A stretch of DNA of 64,000 bases. Source: Candidatus Poribacteria bacterium. Its GTDB lineage: Bacteria; Poribacteria; WGA-4E; JAJDTR01. The notes under the pieces are model-generated. The model saw only the letters and a list, made by a program, of their open reading frames with translations, was not told where the DNA came from and did no database searches. The stretch is from contig CBDCTK010000002.1 in NCBI GenBank assembly GCA_965222225.1, positions 832,001-896,000 of the forward strand, written 5' to 3'. Shown piece by piece: positions 51,442 through 61,254 of this stretch; the stretch's first letter is position 1, and every line of letters begins with the position of its first letter. The translations under genes were made by a program, and so were the position numbers.

Positions 51442-51964
51442 ACTAAAACTCTAGTCGCTCGCAGAAATCGAAAATATAGCGGCTACATCCGAGATACAAG
51501 TAGTGATCGCGGGCAATTCCTAGATGGCAAGGCTACTGTCCCATAGTTGCACCATCTGGTACAGCAAGATACGGAAAGGCTACCCAATTTTGGGCACGGC
51601 AGACGATGTACTACAAGAATGTCGGCTCACAAATCCCACGGTTAAAGGGTTTGCAGGGCATGGCACATAAATTGCTCAAATTACCTTTTGCAGAATCAAT
51701 GTCTATCGCGCGATGACATTTCTTGGTCGGTCCCTGACCTCGGCTCATTGCCAGTAAAACGGGGGTTACTGTCTTCAGGATGTCGTGAATTCGGATATTC
51801 CCAATCTCTGGCAATAATCTTTGGGTGCTCTATGGCTACTTGAATCCAGTTTCTTTGCACCCATTAACTTAACATCTGACGTTCGTTCATGGGATGCTGG
51901 TGAATTGGTGCGCCAATAATTCACTCATCCTGACGATTGAGCCAACGAATTGAGGAGACATGCT

Positions 51965-53446
51965 ATGAGTACCAAGGGAACTTCCAGCGCGTTTGTGACA
52001 TCAGTAATCCTCCACATAATTGTCGCATTGGTTGCGGGTTTATACTTCTTGAGTCAGACCCAAGAATTCAAGAATCTAATAGGAGTGGATATTCTTCAGC
52101 CGAGTAAACCACGGACACCGCCAAGGCCGCCGCATATCGTCAAACCGCCAATTCAACCAACCGTGCGAGAACACAGCCCGGCAACCGAGGAATTGGTTCC
52201 AGCTGCGAAGAGAGAGGTAATAACCTCTCCACTGCGTCCCGGTGTCCAGCCGCAAGTTGCACAAGACATTGCACACCAGGTCATTAAGATTGCGGCACCA
52301 ATCCAACCAAACGTCCCGACAGTGGTGGCAACCAACACGCCGGTTCCACGTCCGGTCACGCAGATAAAATCATTCACTTCCGATGCTCCCGACGCACTAG
52401 AATCTTCCGCTCCAGTCGAAAGCGGCCTTCGTACGACGCTTGGCACCACGAGTCGTGGTGTCGCGGGCGTTAGTGTGCAACACACCGTCGGCTCGCCACG
52501 CATCCCCGGACTCTCCATGGTCGAGAGCGTCGGCGCTGCGCGCGAGGCAGAACTTCTAGCTGATGTTACCGGAAAAATCCGACTTGGCAATGTTGAAGTG
52601 CCGCCGCTACCCAGAGGCGAACCCGGAGGTGAGGTTGTCGGCACGGGGCGGGATATCCGAGGTGTGCTACGTTTCACTCGAATCCGGCACAATCTTTCCG
52701 ACTGGTGGGCTGATTCATCGTCTCTTAATGCTCTGACGAAATGGCTGAACGAACGCACGAATATCAAAGCGGACATGAATGTTGAAGGAGGGGCAATAAG
52801 ATTGACTGATGCCAACTTGCAAAGGAGTCCGCTCGTCTTCATGACAGGGCACGATCCCTCAATTGTGCGTTCTCACAATTTACTCGGTAGTCAGTACGGT
52901 GGCGGGAGATTAGACAATCGACTCTCTCCAGCGGAGGCGGCAGGGTTACGTCGATATCTGATTGAGAGCGGTGGTCTCATGGTATTTGACGACTGCGGTG
53001 TAAATGCTCCAGTGCAGGCTATGGTCCGTCTGTTTCTGGCTCAAATGCGATACGTTATGCCCGAGTATCAGATTGAACGCATTCCTAACGACCACGAAAT
53101 ATACAGCAACTACTATGAAATGGGTGGCCCGCCCGTTGGATTCGATATATTCTGGTGGGGAACGAGGCCGCAGAGACGGAATTTCCTTGAAGGGATATCG
53201 ATTGGGGACAAACTGTCTGTAATAGTCGTCAGGCGCGATTATATGTGCGCCATGGAAGCGGTCAGCCTACCGACTCGCTCGGTGCACTACTCTCCCGGCG
53301 TCTATCGGTTCATGACGAATGTCGTAGTCTACGCATTGACGCACGGCAACATAGCCGATCATAATAATTATGTGCCTCCGGACAGATTGGCGAAGCAACG
53401 TTTGCCGACTACAGCGCCGGAAACCGCCCGAGTTCTAAGCCGTTAA
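51965..53446 (+). CDS. Membrane-anchored DUF4159-domain protein with Pro-rich linker
   Basis: N-terminal SVILH TM anchor; PLVFMTGH, LRRYL..GG...FDDC, DHEIY, TNVVVYALT. Confidence 0.82.
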   Translation: MSTKGTSSAFVTSVILHIIVALVAGLYFLSQTQEFKNLIGVDILQPSKPRTPPRPPHIVKPPIQPTVREHSPATEELVPAAKREVITSPLRPGVQPQVAQDIAHQVIKIAAPIQPNVPTVVATNTPVPRPVTQIKSFTSDAPDALESSAPVESGLRTTLGTTSRGVAGVSVQHTVGSPRIPGLSMVESVGAAREAELLADVTGKIRLGNVEVPPLPRGEPGGEVVGTGRDIRGVLRFTRIRHNLSDWWADSSSLNALTKWLNERTNIKADMNVEGGAIRLTDANLQRSPLVFMTGHDPSIVRSHNLLGSQYGGGRLDNRLSPAEAAGLRRYLIESGGLMVFDDCGVNAPVQAMVRLFLAQMRYVMPEYQIERIPNDHEIYSNYYEMGGPPVGFDIFWWGTRPQRRNFLEGISIGDKLSVIVVRRDYMCAMEAVSLPTRSVHYSPGVYRFMTNVVVYALTHGNIADHNNYVPPDRLAKQRLPTTAPETARVLSR

Positions 53447-53629
53447 TCAAGCTTGGCATCCCGTGACCGGCATGTTACGACATATCAAAGCTGTGGCGGC
53501 GAACATGTCGCCACAGCGACGATGCTACGCGACAAAAATTCGTGGATTACCTCGCGTAGCGGATAGTCAGCAAACTGTCTTGGCTCAGTTAAACCTCGGC
53601 AAAAAAACCGGACTTTGTGACTTCCTCGC

Positions 53630-54742
53630 TCACTTCGGCTCTACCGTATGGCTATGCAATGCCGCGTTCTTCACGCGCTCCAATACCGGCTTGTAAGGCG
53701 TTCCAGCCACTCGCGAGGGCGTGAACGTGCAGTCGTCATTCAGAACCAATTCTTGCTCCGTCAAATCTTGGCGGTAGAAAAACTGGCTTGGGAATAAGTC
53801 CCCTGGATACGTGAAATTGCTTAGTGTCCCTAATTCAACCAAAATCCCCGCGCCGATTCCGCTCTCCAACATACTCCCGACCCAGCACGGTATGCCGGCG
53901 TCCCGCGCCATGTCGTGCAGTTTGACTGTCACTGACAGACCGCCCACGCGACCGGTTTTTAGATTTAGTATCTGACAGGATTTCAACTTCAACGCCCATT
54001 CAAAGGTACGAATGGATGTAATGGATTCGTCCAAACACACAGGGGTTCCAATCTGCCTCTGTAATTCGGCATGGTCCAGCAAATCGGTGTGGAATAACGG
54101 CTGTTCAATCATAGCCAATCCTAGCTTGTCAACCTGCTTAAAAAAGTCAATGTCATCTAGCGAGTATCCTGAATTACAATCAATATGAAAGGTTTGCTGG
54201 GGAAAAGTGGCGCAAACTACCCGCAACATATCCAAATCCCAGTTGGGGCGAACTTTGAGTTTTACCCGTTTGAAGCCACTATCTACCGCACCTTGAATCT
54301 TTTCCAATAACATGTCGATTGAATCCTGTACCCCAAAGTCGGCGCCCGCTTCCACCTTTCTAAATTCGCCGCCGATTAGTTCGTGCAAGGGTTTGTTTTG
54401 AATGTTTGCTTGCAGCATCCACCACGCGATCTCCGGTCCCGCCTTTGCAAACGGGTTGCCTTTAATCCAACTGTAAGCACTCAACAGGTCTTCTGCGGTC
54501 TCAAATGACTTTCCCACTAACGCCGGGGCAATATATTCAACAATGTTATGGTATACTGACATCGCCGATTCAGGAGTATAGGCCGGGGCTTTCAACGGCG
54601 TCGTTTCGCCCCATCCCTCCTGTCCGTCCGATTCCATGCGTACGAGAACGGAATGAATGCTCGGATCCTCACCATAAGCGGTCCGCCAAGGATATACCAG
54701 AGGTAAACTGACATAGTAAACATCAATACGATCAATTTTCAT
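53630..54742 (-). CDS. menC: o-Succinylbenzoate synthase / N-acylamino acid racemase
   Basis: KLKV.P, IDCN, MIEQPL, CLDESI, NLKTGRVGG, WVGSMLESG. Confidence 0.82.
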   Translation of the reverse strand: MKIDRIDVYYVSLPLVYPWRTAYGEDPSIHSVLVRMESDGQEGWGETTPLKAPAYTPESAMSVYHNIVEYIAPALVGKSFETAEDLLSAYSWIKGNPFAKAGPEIAWWMLQANIQNKPLHELIGGEFRKVEAGADFGVQDSIDMLLEKIQGAVDSGFKRVKLKVRPNWDLDMLRVVCATFPQQTFHIDCNSGYSLDDIDFFKQVDKLGLAMIEQPLFHTDLLDHAELQRQIGTPVCLDESITSIRTFEWALKLKSCQILNLKTGRVGGLSVTVKLHDMARDAGIPCWVGSMLESGIGAGILVELGTLSNFTYPGDLFPSQFFYRQDLTEQELVLNDDCTFTPSRVAGTPYKPVLERVKNAALHSHTVEPK

Positions 54743-54900
54743 TATCTTTCTCCATGAAAAATATTAGCGGACAACAAATGCTCGAGAGATGCAAGCGCTT
54801 TTGAACGATGGCCGAAAGTACGAGATTCGCTCAAATTCAACGTGCCTTCAAACTATGGCTAGTCTGACCTCTTGGCAATAGATACTCCATTGCTGGTAAT

Positions 54901-55947
54901 TCAATGGGGATGTGTTCCTATACCGAGCGAGTCAAGAATAAATAACAACGCGAGAATGACTGCCGTACCGATTGCCACCTGTAGAAACACCATCTTGCGA
55001 TTCGCGCCATGAATGACGTTAGGCAATACATCCACTGTTGCAACATAGAGCAAAGTACCCGCCGAGGCCAATACCGCAAGTCCTAGCCAGTACCTTTCCA
55101 ACCCGCCAAAGATACGCCAAGCGACGACTAACGCCATTGGTGTCGCCAGACTGAATACAGTCAATTCCTTCCAAGTGCGTTGAACACTTCCATGGGAATG
55201 TTGGCTAAACGCGGAAAGGCTAAATGCGGCAGGAATCTTATGCATGACTATCCCCAGCATAAGCGGCACCGTCAGTGAAATAGAGTTCGTCGTCAGCGCG
55301 GCTCCTACCGCCAGCCCATCAGTAAGTGCGTGGATACTCAGACCAATTACAATCGGCGTTGCCAATCCATTTCCCCGCGAGGGTGTGCTAGACGGATGAT
55401 GTATGTGGTCCGCCGCAGAGTCCTCATGGTGGTGCTCTTCATGCAAATCATGACCGAAGCCCAGTGATTCAACCACTAGCATCAACATAAATCCCAACAA
55501 GAGCGCTAGACCTGCCGCGTGGTGAGCACCGAAGCCAAATGCCTTATCCACTGTATGCTCTTGGTCCTGTTCGCGAAGGTCTTCTTCAGTCTCATGTTCT
55601 GCAACAGCTCGTACAAGCTGTGCATGTAGAGGCCGTGTTTCGCTCTCAGCTCCGGATACCATGTGGAATCCTTCCGGTAAAGCGACCAACAAGGCCGATG
55701 AAATCAAGAATCCCGCAGCAAGGCTGGTCGCCCAGCGTAGTAGGTTCTTGTGGGTACGTATTCCCAAGAGCGGGACGGCACCGGCCGCCATTGATGTTCC
55801 GAACATTGTCAACATGATAATGACAGTTAGACCAGTTGTTGAATCTGAAGATTTTCCTTCGACACTACATCCCATTAAAGTCATGAACAATAGTATTGAG
55901 AAAACCGTCGTATTAATTTTCACCAAATTACCCTGTAAGATTTTCAC
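54901..55947 (-). CDS. ZIP-family metal transporter with His-rich loop
   Basis: LPEG, HDLHEEHHHED, IHALTDGLAVG, MHKIPAA, AGTLLYVA. Confidence 0.9.
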   Translation of the reverse strand: MKILQGNLVKINTTVFSILLFMTLMGCSVEGKSSDSTTGLTVIIMLTMFGTSMAAGAVPLLGIRTHKNLLRWATSLAAGFLISSALLVALPEGFHMVSGAESETRPLHAQLVRAVAEHETEEDLREQDQEHTVDKAFGFGAHHAAGLALLLGFMLMLVVESLGFGHDLHEEHHHEDSAADHIHHPSSTPSRGNGLATPIVIGLSIHALTDGLAVGAALTTNSISLTVPLMLGIVMHKIPAAFSLSAFSQHSHGSVQRTWKELTVFSLATPMALVVAWRIFGGLERYWLGLAVLASAGTLLYVATVDVLPNVIHGANRKMVFLQVAIGTAVILALLFILDSLGIGTHPH

Positions 55948-55963
55948 AATTTCATTAAGAAAT

Positions 55964-58341
55964 CTAACTACCTAATCGACTCCGGTACTGCAACAAGCGC
56001 AACGAGTTTAGAACAACGAGAATCGTACTACCTTCGTGAAGTATGATGGCAATGCCGATTGTTGCTATACCGAAAACTGCTGAGATGACTAGCCCACCAA
56101 TAACCGCCAGCGCGATGTATAAGTTCTGTGAAATGATTCTCCGTGTAGCGCGACCAAGCCCTATTGCAAACGGGAGTTTCGACAGATCGTCAGCCATTAG
56201 TGCAGCGTCGGCTGTTTCAAGAGCCAGATCCGTCCCGGCACCACCCATCGCAATGCCAATCGTGGCATGGGAAAGCGCCGGCGCATCATTAATGCCATCC
56301 CCAACCATTACAATTTTATCATGAGAACTCAAGAGTTTACGAATGCTGGCTACTTTGTCTTCTGGGAGCAGATTCGCTTTATAATCTGTCACGCCTGCCT
56401 TCTGGGCAATATGGGAAGCAACTCGTGGATTATCACCCGTTAGCATAACGGTATGCTTGACCCCTATCTGTTTGAGTTGTGCAACCACGGTCTTCATTTC
56501 TGGACGCATCGTGTCTGCAACTGCAATCACGCCCACGGGCTGTCGACCAACGGCAACCAGCATGATGGTTTTGCCCTGTTCTTCGAGCTTCGCGATTTGT
56601 GCCTGGAGTGACGCTTGTAATTGTACGTGTGCTTCACGATACAATTTCAGATTGCCAACCCAAACAGTCGTACCTGAAACTTCCGCTTTAATTCCTCGTC
56701 CTGTCATTGATTCTACTTCTTCTGCTTCCGGTAACCTGAGACCTTTCCTCGTGGCAATGTCCACAATGGCATGAGCAATCGGGTGGGCAGATCGACTCTC
56801 TACCGCTGCAGCCATTCCCAACCAATAATTAACATCCATTTCGCCAATTGGAATGATGTCCGTGACTACGGGTTTGCCGATGGTAATGGTGCCGGTTTTG
56901 TCGAAAGCAACAGCTTGCACGTCCCCTAAATTTTCAAGGTGAATGCCGCCCTTTATCAGAATGCCGTTCCGAGCCGCTTGGGCGATGCCAGCGAGAACCG
57001 CCGAAGGTGGGCCAAGTGCAAGCGCGCAGGGAGAAGCCGCCACCAATAATACCATGCCCCGTAGGAGTGAATCACTGAATGGAACACCTAACAACAGAAG
57101 AAGCAAAACCATGAGAATATCGCCGATGAAAATTAATGGGACAAAGACCTGCGAAAACCTCTCGGTTATCCGCTGCGTGCTCGACTTCTGGGTTTGTGCT
57201 TCCTCAACCATTGACACCACCCGAGCTAACATGGTGTCGTCTGAAAGACGTGTTACCCGAACTTCCAAACTCCCATCTCCATTGATACTTCCTGCGAATA
57301 CAGGAGAATCTGGTGCTTTATCCACCGGCACAGACTCACCAGTTATGGCGGATTCATTCACGGCGGATCTGCCGGCGATCACGTCACCATCAACAGGAAT
57401 GCGCATTCCAGGTTTCACAATTACCACAACCCCGGTTTTCAGGTCATCTACGGCTCGTTCCGATTCTCCGTCCGTATTTTTCACTATCGCCGTTTTTGGC
57501 GCCAATTCGGCCAAGTTGCCAATCGCCTTACGTGCTTTATCAAGTGCCCGTTCTTCCAATACATGCCCAAATCTGAACAGACACAGTAACAGCGCTCCCT
57601 CGCTAAACTTACCCAAAAAAGCCGCACCAATCGCTCCCACCACCATTAACAGGTCTATATCAAAACGTCCTGCGCATATTGATTTGATAGCGCGGTGAGT
57701 CGTATCAAGGCCTCCGAACACATAAGCAATCAGGTAGAGGAATAGACTTACCGTGCTTACATTGTAAAAAACGCCAAGGGGAAATGGAAACTTAAAGATG
57801 CGTTCTCCGGCCCAACCAATTAACAGGCATAATCCACATAAAAGACTGACAATTAGCTCGCGGTTCTCTGCGTACCAAGAACCTACACCCTCGGCCGGCA
57901 CTTGATAACCGAGTTGCTTAACCAGCTTTTCAATCCGTTCCCTATCGACAAAGCAGGAATCGTATTCGACCCACATGTTTTTGGCTACGAAGCGGACATT
58001 GACCCGTAGCACACCGTTCATCTGTTTTACACTTTGTTGAATAGTTGCGACACAATCAGCACAATGCATTCCCTTAAGTGGGATTAAATCATGACGGTAG
58101 CGTTCGGTCACTTTCATTCCTGCCCGCTCAGCAGCCTGTCTAGCCCGATCTCTGATAACACATCCGGCTGATAGTGTAAACACAATTGGGCGTTGCCACT
58201 TTGTTCCAGATGTGCGTCACTTATACCTGGGCGATCCTCTAGGGAAGATATTAAACGTTTAACGCATCCATCCTTTTCGTCTTTGATGCCGGACAAGAGT
58301 GATTTGATTTCAAGTTTGAGCGTTTTTTCAGTCATTGTCAA
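55964..58341 (-). CDS. Heavy-metal P1B-type ATPase (SPC/HEGST, P1B-4-like); frameshift near 58153 splits off the N-terminal domain
   Basis: GMHCADC, TGES, SPC, DKTGT, GDGINDAP, HEGST; ORF 58114..58341 joins the main ORF if one base is restored. Confidence 0.88.
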
Positions 58342-58504
58342 ACGTTTGGCTTAACGTGAGCCGAATAAGCAATATAGTATGTTTGCCCCGCGCCAAAGTC
58401 AAGAGAATTGCTGATAAGCGCAACCGTAAACAGGGACCGACATGAATGCTGAAAGCTCTGTCAGTCTGCACTTATAGTCATTTATATTCATATTTACACA
58501 GATT

Positions 58505-58559
58505 TGTAGGAGCGATCTCCCGATCGCGATTCCCGTCGCGAGTAACGCTCGCTCCGACA
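58505..58559 (+). repeat. GTAG-type REP doublet (REPIN-like)
   Basis: TGTAGGAGCGATCTCCCGATCGCGA...TCGCGAGTAACGCTCGCTCCGACA; inverted near copy of 3432..3487. Confidence 0.8.
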
Positions 58560-58875
58560 GATTGCGCGCAATAAATTGCGCCACTCTAAACCGAACTGCG
58601 TAAATCCTATATGTATAATTTTTAGTTGTAATGACTTATAGTCAATTACCTGTTTTGTGTCAATATGATTGTGTTCATTGGACTGCTCCGTGTGAAGAGA
58701 ATCCCCGCTAACCGGCAAAAGGTTACAGCTTGGTTGTCGTGTAAGTAACAGCGTGGCTCTCATTTTTGCTTGCAATCGCATCTCGCATTTGCCATAATTA
58801 CGCAACTTTGGCGCAATACAGTTGCAATTATATTGATAACGGATTTATGAAAGGTTTTCTCGCGAAAAAGTAGAA

Positions 58876-59646
58876 ATGTTCACCTACGACTATCATATCC
58901 ACACGAGGCTTTCCCCGTGCGCCGATAAGCATTTTAGCATTGATAAGATCATCCAGATTCAACAGACCCGCGGGTTGGAGGAAATCGGGATTACCGACCA
59001 CGATTTTAGCTACGGCTCGCGAACCAAAAACATTGATCGAGCGCGCAAAGCGATTGATGAATGCGATACGTCAATCTCAGTCCGGTTTGGCGCGGAGTCA
59101 CACATGCTCGAATACCGTGTCCCGTCAATTGATATACGCTTTGCAGCATACTTTGATTATATCTTGATGGCGCCAAATCACTATCATTTTCGCGGGGTGG
59201 CTCGCCCAACCCAACTGCTGGATCCGAAGAAGGTAGCCGTGCACGAGTTGTACATGTTTGAAGCCGCGGTTGCCTGCCCGATAACGGATGTCGTGGCGCA
59301 CCCGTTTGTTCTGTCGCCCGAGGTTTTTGGCTTTTCCAAAGAGGAATTCTCAGCCTTCGGGAGCGAAATGATGGGGCATATCGATCAGAAGCGGTTGATT
59401 AATCAACTCGACATGGCATCACAGCGCGGGATCGGCATTGAGATTAGCCCCAAATTCATCAAATACAATCAGAGACATCTCGTGGAGTTTTATCAGATGT
59501 GTCTAGATCGGGAGGTACTGTTGATGATTGGCAGCGACGCACACAACGCCGAGCAGTTGGAAGAGCTGGCGTTGCTTGGACCCGTGCTTGAGGAGTTGGG
59601 GGTTTCGGAGGAGCACCTGTGGCGACCGAAGGAGTGGCATTGGTAG
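58876..59646 (+). CDS. PHP-domain phosphoesterase
   Basis: DYHIHT, ITDH, GAE, AHP, GSDAH. Confidence 0.9.
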   Translation: MFTYDYHIHTRLSPCADKHFSIDKIIQIQQTRGLEEIGITDHDFSYGSRTKNIDRARKAIDECDTSISVRFGAESHMLEYRVPSIDIRFAAYFDYILMAPNHYHFRGVARPTQLLDPKKVAVHELYMFEAAVACPITDVVAHPFVLSPEVFGFSKEEFSAFGSEMMGHIDQKRLINQLDMASQRGIGIEISPKFIKYNQRHLVEFYQMCLDREVLLMIGSDAHNAEQLEELALLGPVLEELGVSEEHLWRPKEWHW

Positions 59647-59741
59647 GTTGGATGAACTTCAAACAAGTGGTGGTAGGTAGAAATGCGGTGGATGTCTCCA
59701 GTGCAAAAAACCATGTCAGAATTGAATCAATCAATGTCTCG

Positions 59742-61244
59742 CTATATATAGTATTTGAAATTTGGTTTACAATCGGAAACAATAGGATTCGAAATCAAAA
59801 TTTCTCCGACCGCGTCTGAAAAACCTACGGTAACAGGCTGAGAATTCCCAAGGTGGCACGCATTGTAGTTCAGTTTTGTTAAACCATAAATATCTTGGGC
59901 AACTCTTTCTATCAGAGCATCTCCGTGCTGAATATCAATGCGTAATGGCACAGGTGTTTCCCACCCGTCGTAGGTCGCAATTCGAGGTTTGAATCCACTA
60001 CCCCATAGGTATCCTGCCCGATTATTAACTCGCCAGAAGGTGCCTCTCAGAATTGGCATCTTGCCAGTGCGAAATAATCGCGGCCCGTATCGTTCCGGGC
60101 GGACCCTTACCCCAATAAGTTTAGCACTCTTGGGGCAAGCTCTTTGGTAGCCAGAAAACTCGTGATGACCAATGGTGGATCGTGAATGTAAGAAGATCTC
60201 GCGAAGTGGCTTACCACCAAGGTCCTCGTAAGTCTTTAGGACCCCACGCAAGAGGTTATATGCAGCAGTATCATTTAGATGATACTGATTAGTTTCCGAT
60301 GAATACCACGGTCCATATTGTCCAAGGAATACCACACCGTCTCCTGTATTGAGAAACATCTGGGCTGCACAACAGGCAGTTTCCTCTTCGTCTAATGTAT
60401 CATTTCGACGAAAGGCAATGCCGATGTAACAGACACCGTCGCGCGCAGTCACAAGCCTCCAAGGTTTACCGCCACATTTGTAATAAAGCGCAGTGCCAAG
60501 GTTCCACATACGGTCCGATAGCGGAGTGAGCGAGCGTCCCCCGCGCGAGTCATCGTCTTTCAAACACATTGTGGATTCCCGCACAATTTGCAAAGGGATT
60601 TCGTACTGCATGGAAAGTGCTTTCAACTGCCGCCGAAAATCGGGCGCCAATCGATACTGCTGTCGATCGAAATCATCCAAAAACTCAAGTTGCCCTGCCC
60701 TTCTCATTTGTATTGTTTGTGAAATACCAGCTTGACTAATAGGACTTGCCACGTCGGACTCTGGCCGACAATTCCGCCAAACCTCATCTGGGACTACGCA
60801 GATAGCCACGCCAATATTCTCATCAAGTTTGCTCGCCTTTTCCAACTGTTGAAGGTAAAAATTGACGGTTTTAAACGTACGCTCGTATTTATCAGGATGA
60901 CGAGAGGCCTCAATGAGTTGGGCCGCACCAATTGGATAAGACCAGACTGGCTTACTAGGCCAATGCGAGCAGAATGTAGCCTCAAACCCGGGAAATGGAG
61001 GCCAGAGCCGCAGGTTTGCTTTTCGAGCGAAGGTGGCAGGATTGTTCATAATCTCTGACCAAGCTTTGAACTTGGTGATTCCTGGGCCAGTTCCAATAAC
61101 GATGTAGGATAGTGTCCCTGGTCTTGACGGACCATCTGCGTCAAAAGGTCCGAACAGAGCTAGGCCATCACGGGGATCTATAGTCCGTTGGTGGTAGCGG
61201 AATTCCAATTCTGGTTCATCAAACACTATGATTGATTCGGTCAT
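59742..61244 (-). CDS. Short prokaryotic Argonaute (MID-PIWI, SPARTA-like clade)
   Basis: EPELEF, DPRDGLALFGP, FPGFEA, QIVREST, YYKCGGKPW, CCAAQMFL..GDG.VF.G, LTKLNYNAC, C-terminal FKYYI; start set at MTESII. Confidence 0.94.
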   Translation of the reverse strand: MTESIIVFDEPELEFRYHQRTIDPRDGLALFGPFDADGPSRPGTLSYIVIGTGPGITKFKAWSEIMNNPATFARKANLRLWPPFPGFEATFCSHWPSKPVWSYPIGAAQLIEASRHPDKYERTFKTVNFYLQQLEKASKLDENIGVAICVVPDEVWRNCRPESDVASPISQAGISQTIQMRRAGQLEFLDDFDRQQYRLAPDFRRQLKALSMQYEIPLQIVRESTMCLKDDDSRGGRSLTPLSDRMWNLGTALYYKCGGKPWRLVTARDGVCYIGIAFRRNDTLDEEETACCAAQMFLNTGDGVVFLGQYGPWYSSETNQYHLNDTAAYNLLRGVLKTYEDLGGKPLREIFLHSRSTIGHHEFSGYQRACPKSAKLIGVRVRPERYGPRLFRTGKMPILRGTFWRVNNRAGYLWGSGFKPRIATYDGWETPVPLRIDIQHGDALIERVAQDIYGLTKLNYNACHLGNSQPVTVGFSDAVGEILISNPIVSDCKPNFKYYI

Positions 61245-61254
61245 CGTCAATATC

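Noticed and set aside
50187-51900. ORFs 50187..50639 (+) and 51611..51814 (-)
   Set aside because: No motifs; they overlap or flank a decayed gene and are likely spurious
52153-52842. 229-aa antisense ORF, and similar ones such as 56943..57698 and 4695..5258
   Set aside because: Shadow frames opposite well-supported genes
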